Assembly: GCA_017623605.1 (NCBI GenBank)
Contig: JAGAOR010000008.1
Coordinates: 46,661 to 110,660, forward strand
Source of the DNA: Clostridia bacterium
GTDB taxonomy: Bacteria; Bacillota; Clostridia; Christensenellales; Borkfalkiaceae
Direction: 5' to 3'
Length of the DNA: 64,000 nt
The notes below the pieces were generated by a model. That model was not told the DNA's origin, did no database searches, and saw only the letters and a program-made list of their open reading frames with translations. Made by a program: the position numbers and the translations under genes. Within the stretch, counting starts at the first letter, position 1; every line of letters begins with the position of its first letter. Below are positions 18,850 to 27,966 of this stretch, piece after piece.

Positions 18850-20385
18850 ATGAAAAAGAAATTCGGAATGATTTTGGCTTTGGGTTGTGTTGGCGTCGCC
18901 TGCTTTACGGCAGGTTGCGCCACAGGCTCTAAGCTTGACGAGTATCAAAAGCAAGGCTATAAAGTAATGGTGACTTACGATGCGAACGGCGGCGAGTTTT
19001 TAGGTCGTGACGGTGTCATGATAATGGACTTATTTAAACCTGCCGATTACGAGAAAGAATCAGACGGGAAAGTGCATATCCAGTTAACAGAGCCGACTGA
19101 CGCAAATCGACCGACGAGTAGCTCGGATAAAGTTACGTTAACGAAAGGCGGATATTTTTTCGCAGGTTGGTATGAAACCCGTGAAATGTTAAAAAACGAA
19201 GACGGGGAAGTGATCGACGAGGAAGGCGTCGTGCTCAAAGAATCGAACGGGGCGTATGTTTATCCCGATACAAACGATTCGGCGATGCCTGCTTATACCT
19301 ACGATAATCATTGGGATTTTGCTACGGACGAAATCGTTTATTCTGACGAAGACGACGTTGTGGAAATGACGCTTTACGCCGCGTGGGTGCCTTATTATCA
19401 ATTTGATTATTATTATCAAAAAGACGGGGCGTGGACGCTTTTACAATCGACTACTTTCGACTATAAAACGACGAATGCCGAGGGCTCAAAGACGTACGAT
19501 AAGGATACGATTTGGATACCGGATTGGAAAGACGGCGCAATGAATCATACGTATACTTATGCGAACGGCACGAATTTTGAGTTTCCGAAAATTGCGGGCA
19601 CGACGTTTAAGGCGGCTTATCTCGACGAGGCTTGCACGCAAAAGATAGAGGACGAATTTGTGCATAGCGGAACGTTGGACGTTGAACACGGCGTTGCGGT
19701 GAATAGAGTTCAAAATATTTATATCGAGGTAGAGCAAGGCGAATGGTATAGAATTCAAACCGCAGAGCAACTGTCTTTGCACGGAAACCCTGCCGGTATC
19801 TATGAAATTCAAGCAGACTTGGATTTCGATAAAGGGGACGGCTCGTATTGGGAATGGCCTGCCGCGTTTGAGGCGAACACGTTTACGGGTAAGTTTTATA
19901 GTGCGGACGGACACAATTATAAAATTAAAAACGCAACGGCGTTGCATATTTCTTCTACGGCGACCTTTGGTGGATTATTTGGGAAAGTCGCCGCGACCGC
20001 TGAAATAAAGAACGTTACCTTTGAAAATGCGACGTTCGATTTGTATGCAACAGGCGTTAAATTACAAGATGCTGAATACGGTTTGTTCGCAGGTTATATC
20101 GAAGAGGGGGCAAGCGTTTCAAACGTTACGTTAATTGGCGGAACGGTGAGAATCGGACAAGTTAATTGGGAAAACGGGTATAGCCTGAATTTGGTGGCGA
20201 ATGGCTACGTTTCCGGATTGCAAACGACGGATAAGATAAAATTGCAAGTTTACGGTATGGAGCTTATGACGAGTTATTACTATGCGATTGATCCCACGTC
20301 CGTTACGGTTGACGAGGACTTTAACGTGTCAATGTCCGCAGGCTATTACGATTTGACCGAGTCTTCTTATGATATTGAATATTAA
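18850..20385 (+). CDS. Lipoprotein with a Listeria-Bacteroides-type repeat and GLUG-like motifs
   Basis: 511 aa. Signal peptide MKKKFGMILALGCVGVACFTAGC. GGYFFAGWY...LYAAW repeat. C-terminal FGGLFGKV..IKNVTFENA and YGLFAGYIEEGASVSNVTL resemble GLUG motifs. The gene ends 23 nt before the ABC substrate-binding protein gene. Confidence 0.6.
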   Translation: MKKKFGMILALGCVGVACFTAGCATGSKLDEYQKQGYKVMVTYDANGGEFLGRDGVMIMDLFKPADYEKESDGKVHIQLTEPTDANRPTSSSDKVTLTKGGYFFAGWYETREMLKNEDGEVIDEEGVVLKESNGAYVYPDTNDSAMPAYTYDNHWDFATDEIVYSDEDDVVEMTLYAAWVPYYQFDYYYQKDGAWTLLQSTTFDYKTTNAEGSKTYDKDTIWIPDWKDGAMNHTYTYANGTNFEFPKIAGTTFKAAYLDEACTQKIEDEFVHSGTLDVEHGVAVNRVQNIYIEVEQGEWYRIQTAEQLSLHGNPAGIYEIQADLDFDKGDGSYWEWPAAFEANTFTGKFYSADGHNYKIKNATALHISSTATFGGLFGKVAATAEIKNVTFENATFDLYATGVKLQDAEYGLFAGYIEEGASVSNVTLIGGTVRIGQVNWENGYSLNLVANGYVSGLQTTDKIKLQVYGMELMTSYYYAIDPTSVTVDEDFNVSMSAGYYDLTESSYDIEY

Positions 20386-20408
20386 TTTTACGTTAAAGGA
20401 GGTAAAAT

Positions 20409-23060
20409 ATGAATAAGAAAAAAGCAATAAAACTTACAAGCATTATGCTTAGTGCAGTAATGACGATTCCCGTCGTTTTGGGGATAACGGGGTGTAACGA
20501 TCCCGAAACCCCTGCCGGCAAGAAAAAGGACAGTATCGTTATTATGACGGAAGAATTGAGCGGCTTGTTCAATCCTTTCTACGCAACGTCGGGCGCGGAT
20601 ATGGACGTTGTAGGTATGACGCAGATCGGTATGCTTTCCACGGACCGCGAGGGTAACCCCGAAGCGGGCGACGATTTGCCTACGGTAGTAAAAGATTTTG
20701 AAGTCAAAACGACGGGCACGGTAGGATCGGAAAAATCCGTTTATACGTTCGTTTTGAAAAACGGCTTAGAATTTTCTGATGGTAAGCCGTTGACGATGAA
20801 CGACGTTATGTTCAACATCTACGAATATCTCGATCCTGTTTACACCGGTTCTTCGACGATGTATTCCATTGATATTCAAGGGCTTACGGAATATAGAACG
20901 CAGATGTCTCTTTCCGAAAGCGCAGGCTTGGACGAAAAGATTGCTTCTAACGCTGCCAAATACGCGCAACAAAGAATTGGTGAACTCGTAAAGGTTTATC
21001 AAACGTATGGACGCGTATCTGCCGTAACGGGAGGCGATTCGTATAGATTGACGAAAGACGAGATGCTGGCAGCGATTGATAAGCACACGATTAGTGCAGG
21101 GTATAAGATGGCAGTCGTGCCGACCAATCAAATTGCGACGACGACGGACGCGCAATACCGTCAAATGCTCAAAGACGATTACGAACTGACTTTAAAAACG
21201 TTTAAAGAAGAGCTTGAATCGGATTATAAAGCAGCGAAAGAATCTTACGATTTGAATACTGCGCCTTATAAGGATTGGAAAAACGAGCTTTCGAGCGATA
21301 TTTTCAAATTCTTCCTTTACGAAGGCTACATTACGCCCGTTTACGAAAAGATTTCGGGTACGAATAGAGATAACAAGGAAAAAATTAAAGAGTTCTACAA
21401 TACGGATATTGTAAACAGCTATTCGACGCAAGAAGCGGCGATTCAACGTGTTTACGAAGATAAAAGCGTTAGTAAGTTGCACGACATTTTGTCCTTTTGG
21501 GGAACGGCAGGTACGTTGAAAACGTTGTATGCAGCAGATGCAACGGACGTAATTTTGCATACGAATATGGGTGGTAGTGAAATGAAAACGAAGAATATTT
21601 CGGGTATCGTTTCACTCGGTCATACGACGAATACTGCAACTGTAAAAGTAAACGGGAAAGACTATATGGTTGCGCAAGAGCACAACGAAGACGGTACGCC
21701 CAAGAATTCCAACGAATACGACGTACTTCAAATTACTGTAAACGGTATTGATCCCAAGGCCATTTATAATTTCGGTTTCACGGTTGCGCCTGCGCATTAT
21801 TACGCTTCGGCAAACGGCACGGGTACGGACGTGGACATTGATATTGCGAACAATAAGTTTGGTGTAGAATTCGCAAGTAGTGATTTCCAAAGTAAAGTTA
21901 TTCAATCACAACGTAACGTTGAAGTTCCCGTCGGCGCAGGTGCGTTTATGGCGACGAACGCGGATAACGGGAATAACCCCAGTGGCGCACAATTCTGGAA
22001 TAGTAATATCGTTTACTTTAAGAAGAACGATAAATTTATGTTCGACGTAAAAGCCGATAAATTGAGATTACAGGTTGTCAGCGCATCCAACGCAATCGAC
22101 AAACTTGCAAGCGGGGAAGTAGATTATATCACCCCTCAATTCACAAAAGCAAACTCTGAACGCTTAACGCAGATGAAAGCGGACGGTTACGAAAGACTTG
22201 ACTCTTGGCAGCTCGGTTACGGTTATATTGGTATTAACGCAGGAAAAGTGCCTAATATTTGGATTCGCCGTGCGATTATGGCGGCTATGCAGACTTCGCT
22301 TGCGTTAGATTACTACGAAACGGGTACTTGTACGAATATTGATTGGCCGATGTCTTTGGAAAGCTGGGCTTATCCTCGTGAAGACGACGGCGAAACGCCT
22401 GCAACGCACAACAAAGTGTGGGCGCAATGGATCGGTATTGACAATGCAAAGACGAAGATTGCTCAATATATGCAAATGGCAGGTGTTTCTGCAAATTCGA
22501 GCGAGCTTAAAATCACGTTTACGATTGCGGGCGCGTCGATTACGGAACACCCTACCTATACGGTATTTAAGCAAGCAGCAGAAATTCTTAACAGCTTGGA
22601 TTGGAACGTAGAAGTAAAAGCCGATTCGCAAGCGCTTACCAAGCTTGCTACGGGCTCGCTTGCCGTATGGGCAGCGGCGTGGGGTTCGACGATTGATCCC
22701 GATATGTATCAAGTTTATCATAAGAATTCTTCCGCGACGTCCGTATACGCTTGGGGCTATCGTGAAATTAAAGCGGATCAAACGAAGTATAAGACGGAAA
22801 ACGGCATTATCAATCAGTTGAGTGCGATTATTGATAACGCGCGTAAAATTGATTCTTCGACGGAAGCAGGAAAGGCTGTGAGAAGCGGACTTTACAAGCA
22901 AGCGATGGAACTCGTTTTGGATCTTGCAGTAGAAATGCCCGTATATCAAAGAAAGAATCTTTACGCTTATAACGGCAATACGATTAAAGGTTTGAATGAT
23001 AAAGTTAACCCTTATTCGTCGCCTCTTGAAAAAATTTGGGAAATTGAATTGGTAAAATAA
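20409..23060 (+). CDS. Peptide/nickel (family 5, Opp/Dpp-type) ABC transporter substrate-binding lipoprotein, unusually large
   Basis: 883 aa. Lipobox LGITGC. Family-5-like segment FVLKNGLEFSDGKPLTMNDVMFNIYEYLDP. It sits directly upstream of the two permease and two ATPase genes. AAGGAGG ribosome-binding site. Confidence 0.8.
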   Translation: MNKKKAIKLTSIMLSAVMTIPVVLGITGCNDPETPAGKKKDSIVIMTEELSGLFNPFYATSGADMDVVGMTQIGMLSTDREGNPEAGDDLPTVVKDFEVKTTGTVGSEKSVYTFVLKNGLEFSDGKPLTMNDVMFNIYEYLDPVYTGSSTMYSIDIQGLTEYRTQMSLSESAGLDEKIASNAAKYAQQRIGELVKVYQTYGRVSAVTGGDSYRLTKDEMLAAIDKHTISAGYKMAVVPTNQIATTTDAQYRQMLKDDYELTLKTFKEELESDYKAAKESYDLNTAPYKDWKNELSSDIFKFFLYEGYITPVYEKISGTNRDNKEKIKEFYNTDIVNSYSTQEAAIQRVYEDKSVSKLHDILSFWGTAGTLKTLYAADATDVILHTNMGGSEMKTKNISGIVSLGHTTNTATVKVNGKDYMVAQEHNEDGTPKNSNEYDVLQITVNGIDPKAIYNFGFTVAPAHYYASANGTGTDVDIDIANNKFGVEFASSDFQSKVIQSQRNVEVPVGAGAFMATNADNGNNPSGAQFWNSNIVYFKKNDKFMFDVKADKLRLQVVSASNAIDKLASGEVDYITPQFTKANSERLTQMKADGYERLDSWQLGYGYIGINAGKVPNIWIRRAIMAAMQTSLALDYYETGTCTNIDWPMSLESWAYPREDDGETPATHNKVWAQWIGIDNAKTKIAQYMQMAGVSANSSELKITFTIAGASITEHPTYTVFKQAAEILNSLDWNVEVKADSQALTKLATGSLAVWAAAWGSTIDPDMYQVYHKNSSATSVYAWGYREIKADQTKYKTENGIINQLSAIIDNARKIDSSTEAGKAVRSGLYKQAMELVLDLAVEMPVYQRKNLYAYNGNTIKGLNDKVNPYSSPLEKIWEIELVK

Positions 23061-23077
23061 TCGAATCCCAAAACGTT

Positions 23078-23103
23078 ACGTCGCGGTATTTTTGCCGCGA
23101 CGT
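23078..23103 (+). other. Intercistronic stem-loop between the substrate-binding protein gene and the first permease gene
   Basis: ACGTCGCGG (23078-23086) pairs with CCGCGACGT (23095-23103) across an 8-nt loop. No T-run follows. Confidence 0.5.
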
Positions 23104-23136
23104 GGCGAAAAAAATATTTGAACTATCGGAGTAAAA

Positions 23137-24129
23137 ATGTTTAAGTATATTCTCAAAAGAATAGGAATTTCCTTGCTCATTTTGCTTGGCGTTTCCTTTA
23201 TTCTCTATGTGTTATTACGCTGTATGCCGACGGACTTCGTCGAATTAAAGGTTTTAAATTTAACCCAAACGAGTAATACGGGGGTTACGGACGAGCTGAT
23301 AGCAAAAATGTATGAAACGTACGGCTTGGACGGCAACATTGTTGAGGGGTATTTTAATTGGCTCACCAACGTCGCTCATTTTGATTTTGGTACGAGCTTT
23401 ATTAGCCAACGTCCCGTTTTAGACGAGGTGTTCAACGCCGACCGTCTTGGCACGTCGTTTTTCGTTGCAGCCATAGCGACGGTTTTTGAATTCTTGATTG
23501 CGATTCCTTTGGGTATTACGGCGGCAACGCATCAATATTCCGTACGCGATTACGTCGTAACCGTGTTCGTTTTGATCGGCATTTCCTTACCCTCTTTCTT
23601 CTTTGGACAGATGCTCAAGGATATTTTCGCGAACAAGCTTGGTTGGTTTCCCGTATCTGGTATGAAAGACGCCGGGATAACGTATGCAAATGCAGGGGAA
23701 GCGCTTTTGGATTATTTGCGTCATATGTTCTTGCCTATTTTGACCGTCGTGGTTTTGAGTATCGGCGGGCGTATGAGAATGACGAGAACGAATATGCTTG
23801 AAGTGTTGAACTCTGATTATATCCGTACGGCGCGCGCGAAGGGCTTAAAAGAAGGAAAAGTTATCTATAAACACGCTTTCCGTAACACGATGATTCCCGT
23901 CGTAACGGGGCTTGCGGGTTTAATTCCCTCGCTTTTCTCGGGTGCAATGATTACAGAATCGGTATTCGACTTAACGGGTATCGGTAGTTATGCTTTGAAT
24001 GCAATGCAGCAAGGGGATATTCCCGTCATTATGACGTATAATATGTTTCTTGCGTTCTTGTCCGTTACAGGCGTATTGCTTGCCGACTTGATGTACGGTA
24101 TCGTTGATCCCCGCGTCAAACTTGCGTAA
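23137..24129 (+). CDS. Opp/Dpp-type ABC transporter permease (OppB-like)
   Basis: 330 aa. Typical N-terminus MFKYILKRIGISLLILLGVSF. Polytopic. Contains the SDYIRTARAKGL EAA-loop motif. Confidence 0.9.
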   Translation: MFKYILKRIGISLLILLGVSFILYVLLRCMPTDFVELKVLNLTQTSNTGVTDELIAKMYETYGLDGNIVEGYFNWLTNVAHFDFGTSFISQRPVLDEVFNADRLGTSFFVAAIATVFEFLIAIPLGITAATHQYSVRDYVVTVFVLIGISLPSFFFGQMLKDIFANKLGWFPVSGMKDAGITYANAGEALLDYLRHMFLPILTVVVLSIGGRMRMTRTNMLEVLNSDYIRTARAKGLKEGKVIYKHAFRNTMIPVVTGLAGLIPSLFSGAMITESVFDLTGIGSYALNAMQQGDIPVIMTYNMFLAFLSVTGVLLADLMYGIVDPRVKLA

Positions 24130-24142
24130 AGGAGGTTATGTT

Positions 24143-25219
24143 ATGGAAGAAAAGAAAGAGTTAGAAATTGTTTCTGAAGAACTTGAAGAAGCTACTTCCG
24201 TCGTAAGAGCTGAAACGGTTGACGTGGAAGATAGTGAAAGTCCTCTCGATAAAAACGTAAAATTGATGTCCCCGACGAGAATGTTGTTGAGGCGGTTTTT
24301 CCGTTCAAAGCTTTCAATTACGGGTATCATTATGCTTGTAGCGTTATTCTTGTTCTGTTGGGTTGGTCCTGTCGTTTATACACAATGGGGCGAAATCGAA
24401 ACGGATCGTACGGGTGCGGTGGATTACGCTCCCTTTGAAGTGGAATGCGAAAGTGGCGACTTTATTCAAGTCATCGTTACCAATAACGGTATTAACGCAT
24501 TGGCGAAGCCGTCTGCGGAGCATATTCTCGGAACAGACGAGCAGGGTATGGATATTTTCACTCGTTTGATGTATGGTGGTAGATTATCGCTCACGATTAG
24601 TTTCCTTGCCGTATTCGTAACCTCGGCGCTGGGTATCGTTTTGGGTGGTATATCGGGATATTACGGTGGCGCGGTAGATAATATTATTATGCGTATATGC
24701 GATATGCTAATGTGTTTGCCGACCTTGCCGCTTATGTTAATTATCGGTACGGTTCTCGAATCAAACGACGTACCGTCAGAATATTACATATATCTTTTGA
24801 TGGGGTTGCTATCCCTGTTTTCTTGGCCAGGAATGGCGCGGCTTGTGCGCGGGCAGATTTTATACTTGCGAGAGCAAGAATATATGGTTGCCGCGGAAGC
24901 GATGGGATATTCGACGGTAAGAAGAATTTTCAAACATTTGATTCCTAATATTTTGCCGCAAATCCTCGTATCTATGACGATGTCTTTGGGTAGTATGATT
25001 TTGTACGAATCGACGCTTTCTTACCTCGGCTTGGGCGTAAAAATTCCTTACGCTTCGTGGGGTACGATGATAGAGGTTATTTCTAAACGTAGCGATATTC
25101 TTCAAAACAATTTCAACGTATGGGGACCTCCCGGAGTTTGTATTATTATCGCCGTACTTGCGTTCAACTTCATCGGCGACGGTTTGCGCGACGCGCTTGA
25201 TCCGAAACAAAGGAGATAA
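24143..25219 (+). CDS. Opp/Dpp-type ABC transporter permease (OppC-like) with an acidic N-terminal extension
   Basis: I chose the ATG at 24143 (MEEKKELE...) because GGAGG at 24131-24135 lies 7 nt upstream. The longer ORF from 24104 overlaps the oppB-like gene end. Polytopic, with an EAA-like segment EYMVAAEAMGYS. Confidence 0.85.
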   Translation: MEEKKELEIVSEELEEATSVVRAETVDVEDSESPLDKNVKLMSPTRMLLRRFFRSKLSITGIIMLVALFLFCWVGPVVYTQWGEIETDRTGAVDYAPFEVECESGDFIQVIVTNNGINALAKPSAEHILGTDEQGMDIFTRLMYGGRLSLTISFLAVFVTSALGIVLGGISGYYGGAVDNIIMRICDMLMCLPTLPLMLIIGTVLESNDVPSEYYIYLLMGLLSLFSWPGMARLVRGQILYLREQEYMVAAEAMGYSTVRRIFKHLIPNILPQILVSMTMSLGSMILYESTLSYLGLGVKIPYASWGTMIEVISKRSDILQNNFNVWGPPGVCIIIAVLAFNFIGDGLRDALDPKQRR

Positions 25220-25222
25220 GCT

Positions 25223-26548
25223 ATGAGTGAAATTAAAAAATCCGAAAAACATTATCTTACAGGGAAAGAAGTAAGAGAAATCGCCAAGGCGAATCAAAAA
25301 GAAATGCGTCGTTTGGAAAAGGCGAAAAAACGTAAGATTCCTCAATCGGAATATACGACGGAGATGAAAGACGAAAAGAATATTCTCGAAGTCGAAAATC
25401 TTCATTCCTATTTCTTTACCGATCAAGGCGTCGTTAAAGCGGTAAACGGCGTTACGTTTAATATTCCCGCAAATTCGACGGTAGGCGTCGTTGGGGAATC
25501 AGGTTGCGGGAAATCGGTAACGTCGATGTCGATTATGCGCCTTTTGCAAGGGCCTTCTGGGCAGATCGTGGACGGTTCGATCCGTTTTAAAGTTAGCGAT
25601 TTCAAACGGGACGAAAAGGGGCGTTTTATTCCCGTTTACGAAAAAGACGAAAACGGTGACGTTATTTTTGAAAACGTACTTGATTCCAAAGGTGCGCCCA
25701 AGCTCGATAAAGAGGGAAATCCGATTGTAAAACCCAAGCAGCTTTTGGACGCAAATGGGATTGGTGTGTTCGAACAAGAAGAAACGGTGTTTGACATTGC
25801 GAAAATGCCGATTAAGGAAATGTATCGGCTTCGCGGCAGGCAAATGGCAATGGTGTTCCAAGAACCCATGACGTCGCTTAATCCCGTATTCACGATCGGA
25901 AATCAATTAGATGAGGTTACGCTGTTACACGTGCCGGGGGCAACGAACGAGTTTGCCAAAAAACGTTCTATTGAAATGCTTAATCTCGTGGGAATTGCAA
26001 TGCCTGAGCGTGTTTATGCTTCCTTTCCGCACGAGCTTTCAGGTGGTATGCGTCAGCGCGTTATGATTGCTATGGCGCTTGCGGGCGAACCCCGTTTGAT
26101 TATTGCCGACGAGCCGACGACGGCACTAGACGTAACGATTCAAGCGCAAATCCTCGATCTTTTCAACGACTTAAAGAATAAGATCAACAGCTCCATTTTA
26201 TTGATTACGCACGATCTCGGCGTCATTGCGGAAATGGCGGATTACGTGGTGGTTATGTACGCGGGGCGTATCATTGAACAGGGTACGGCTTCGGAAATTT
26301 TCCATAATCCTTGCCACCCGTATACGCAAGGCTTGCAGAAATCCAAACCCACTATGAAATCGTCGGGAGAGAAGCTTTTCAATATCCCTGGAAACGTACC
26401 TAATCCCGTCAATATGCCGAACAACTGTTATTTCAAAGAAAGATGTTCGAAATGTGAAGGCAAATGCTCGGGCGAATATCCCGCTATGGTGCAGGTAAGC
26501 CCCACGCATTTCGTCGCTTGCCATTTATACGATAATAAGGAAGATTGA
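25223..26548 (+). CDS. Opp/Dpp-type ABC transporter ATP-binding protein (OppD-like) with an N-terminal extension and an internal insertion
   Basis: 441 aa. Walker A GESGCGKS, signature LSGGMRQR, Walker B IIADEPTTALD. C-terminal oligopeptide-type tail containing Cys residues. Confidence 0.9.
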   Translation: MSEIKKSEKHYLTGKEVREIAKANQKEMRRLEKAKKRKIPQSEYTTEMKDEKNILEVENLHSYFFTDQGVVKAVNGVTFNIPANSTVGVVGESGCGKSVTSMSIMRLLQGPSGQIVDGSIRFKVSDFKRDEKGRFIPVYEKDENGDVIFENVLDSKGAPKLDKEGNPIVKPKQLLDANGIGVFEQEETVFDIAKMPIKEMYRLRGRQMAMVFQEPMTSLNPVFTIGNQLDEVTLLHVPGATNEFAKKRSIEMLNLVGIAMPERVYASFPHELSGGMRQRVMIAMALAGEPRLIIADEPTTALDVTIQAQILDLFNDLKNKINSSILLITHDLGVIAEMADYVVVMYAGRIIEQGTASEIFHNPCHPYTQGLQKSKPTMKSSGEKLFNIPGNVPNPVNMPNNCYFKERCSKCEGKCSGEYPAMVQVSPTHFVACHLYDNKED

Positions 26549-26549
26549 T

Positions 26550-27668
26550 ATGGAAAAACAGCAAAATGAATTAAATTCCGTTGAAACGAAAAAGGTAAAC
26601 GAATTTACGAATTACGACGACGTGGCGGAAAAGCAACGAGAGGAAACGGAAAAAGCGGTAAAAATCGAACAAGACAAGCTTTTGCCGCCCGATCCCGAAG
26701 CGATTTTAGAGGTGCGCCATCTCAAAAAATATTTTACGCTCAAAAAGACGCTAATGGGCAAACCGATTTCCACCTTAAAAGCTGTGGACGACGTTTCTTT
26801 TACGATTAAAGCAGGCGAAACGCTTGGGATCGTAGGGGAATCAGGTTGTGGCAAAACGACTATGGGCAGAACGATTTTGAAGCTGCACCAACCCACGGAA
26901 GGACAAGTATTTTTTGAGGGACAAGACATTGCGGGCTATACGCCCAAACAAATGCGCGCGCTTCGAACGAAAATGCAGATCGTGTTCCAAGATCCTTATT
27001 CTTCGCTTCCTCCGAGAAGTACGGTTGGGGATATTCTTGCTGAACCTGTAAGGGTACATAATATCGTGCCGCCGTCCGAAGTTAAAGAGTATGTCCTTAA
27101 AATTATGGAGCAATGTGGACTTCGCGATTACTATTACGAGAGATACCCGCACGAATTTTCGGGCGGACAACGTCAACGTATTTGTATCGCAAGAGCACTT
27201 GCCGTAAACCCTACCTTCGTCGTTTGCGACGAGCCCGTATCCGCGCTCGACGTATCCATTCAAGCGCAGATTATCAACTTGCTCAAAAAAATACAACAGG
27301 AGAGAGGGCTTACGTATTTGTTCATTTCGCACGATTTGTCCGTCGTTAAGTATATTTCGGATAAAATTGGCGTAATGTATTTGGGTAGTATGGTGGAATT
27401 TGGGGATAAGGATAAAATTTTCAATAATCCTATGCACCCGTACACGAACGCATTGTTCTCCGCCGTGCCCAATCCTAACCCTGACGAAAAGACGGAGCGC
27501 ATTTTGCTCAAAGGCGATATTCCTTCGCCTGCAAATCCGCCTATGGGTTGTAAATTCCATACGCGTTGTCCTAACTGTATGGAGATTTGTAAACATATTG
27601 CGCCCGAATATAAAGAATACGAGCCAGGGCATTTCGTGGCATGCCACTATTGTGATCAGGAGAAATAA
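26550..27668 (+). CDS. Opp/Dpp-type ABC transporter ATP-binding protein (OppF-like) with an N-terminal extension
   Basis: 372 aa. Walker A GESGCGKT, signature FSGGQRQR, Walker B VVCDEPVSALD. Confidence 0.9.
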   Translation: MEKQQNELNSVETKKVNEFTNYDDVAEKQREETEKAVKIEQDKLLPPDPEAILEVRHLKKYFTLKKTLMGKPISTLKAVDDVSFTIKAGETLGIVGESGCGKTTMGRTILKLHQPTEGQVFFEGQDIAGYTPKQMRALRTKMQIVFQDPYSSLPPRSTVGDILAEPVRVHNIVPPSEVKEYVLKIMEQCGLRDYYYERYPHEFSGGQRQRICIARALAVNPTFVVCDEPVSALDVSIQAQIINLLKKIQQERGLTYLFISHDLSVVKYISDKIGVMYLGSMVEFGDKDKIFNNPMHPYTNALFSAVPNPNPDEKTERILLKGDIPSPANPPMGCKFHTRCPNCMEICKHIAPEYKEYEPGHFVACHYCDQEK

Positions 27669-27928
27669 TGTCAAAAAAGAAGAAAGAAAAAGTTATTTAT
27701 TATGACGATAACTCCACGATAGTGGATATGTCGAGCGTGAATAAAAAAGGACAAAAACAGTCACCGCCACCCCCTAAATCGTCGCGCGTTCCTTCCACTT
27801 TTAAGGAAAAATGGCAAACGTATTGGTCGGCTGTAAAAATGATGCTCGCGCCCACGCTCGTGGTTTTAGCGATAATCTTGGTTTTGTATTTATGTATTAT
27901 CCTGCTTGGACAATGCGCGGCAGGCTAA
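27668..27928 (+). CDS. Small tail-anchored membrane protein, function unknown
   Basis: 86 aa. The ATG overlaps the oppF-like stop codon (TAATG). Lys-rich N-terminus, Pro-rich middle (SPPPPKSS) and a single C-terminal TM (LAPTLVVLAIILVLYLCIILLG). Confidence 0.5.
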   Translation: MSKKKKEKVIYYDDNSTIVDMSSVNKKGQKQSPPPPKSSRVPSTFKEKWQTYWSAVKMMLAPTLVVLAIILVLYLCIILLGQCAAG

Positions 27929-27966
27929 CAAAAGAGAAAAAGTAACTTTCTATTTTAATATGCGAG

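Noticed and set aside
26841-27674. A 277-aa minus-strand ORF inside the oppF-like gene
   Set aside because: It is antisense to an ABC ATPase with intact Walker A, signature and Walker B motifs. It has the Arg-rich composition typical of antisense frames.
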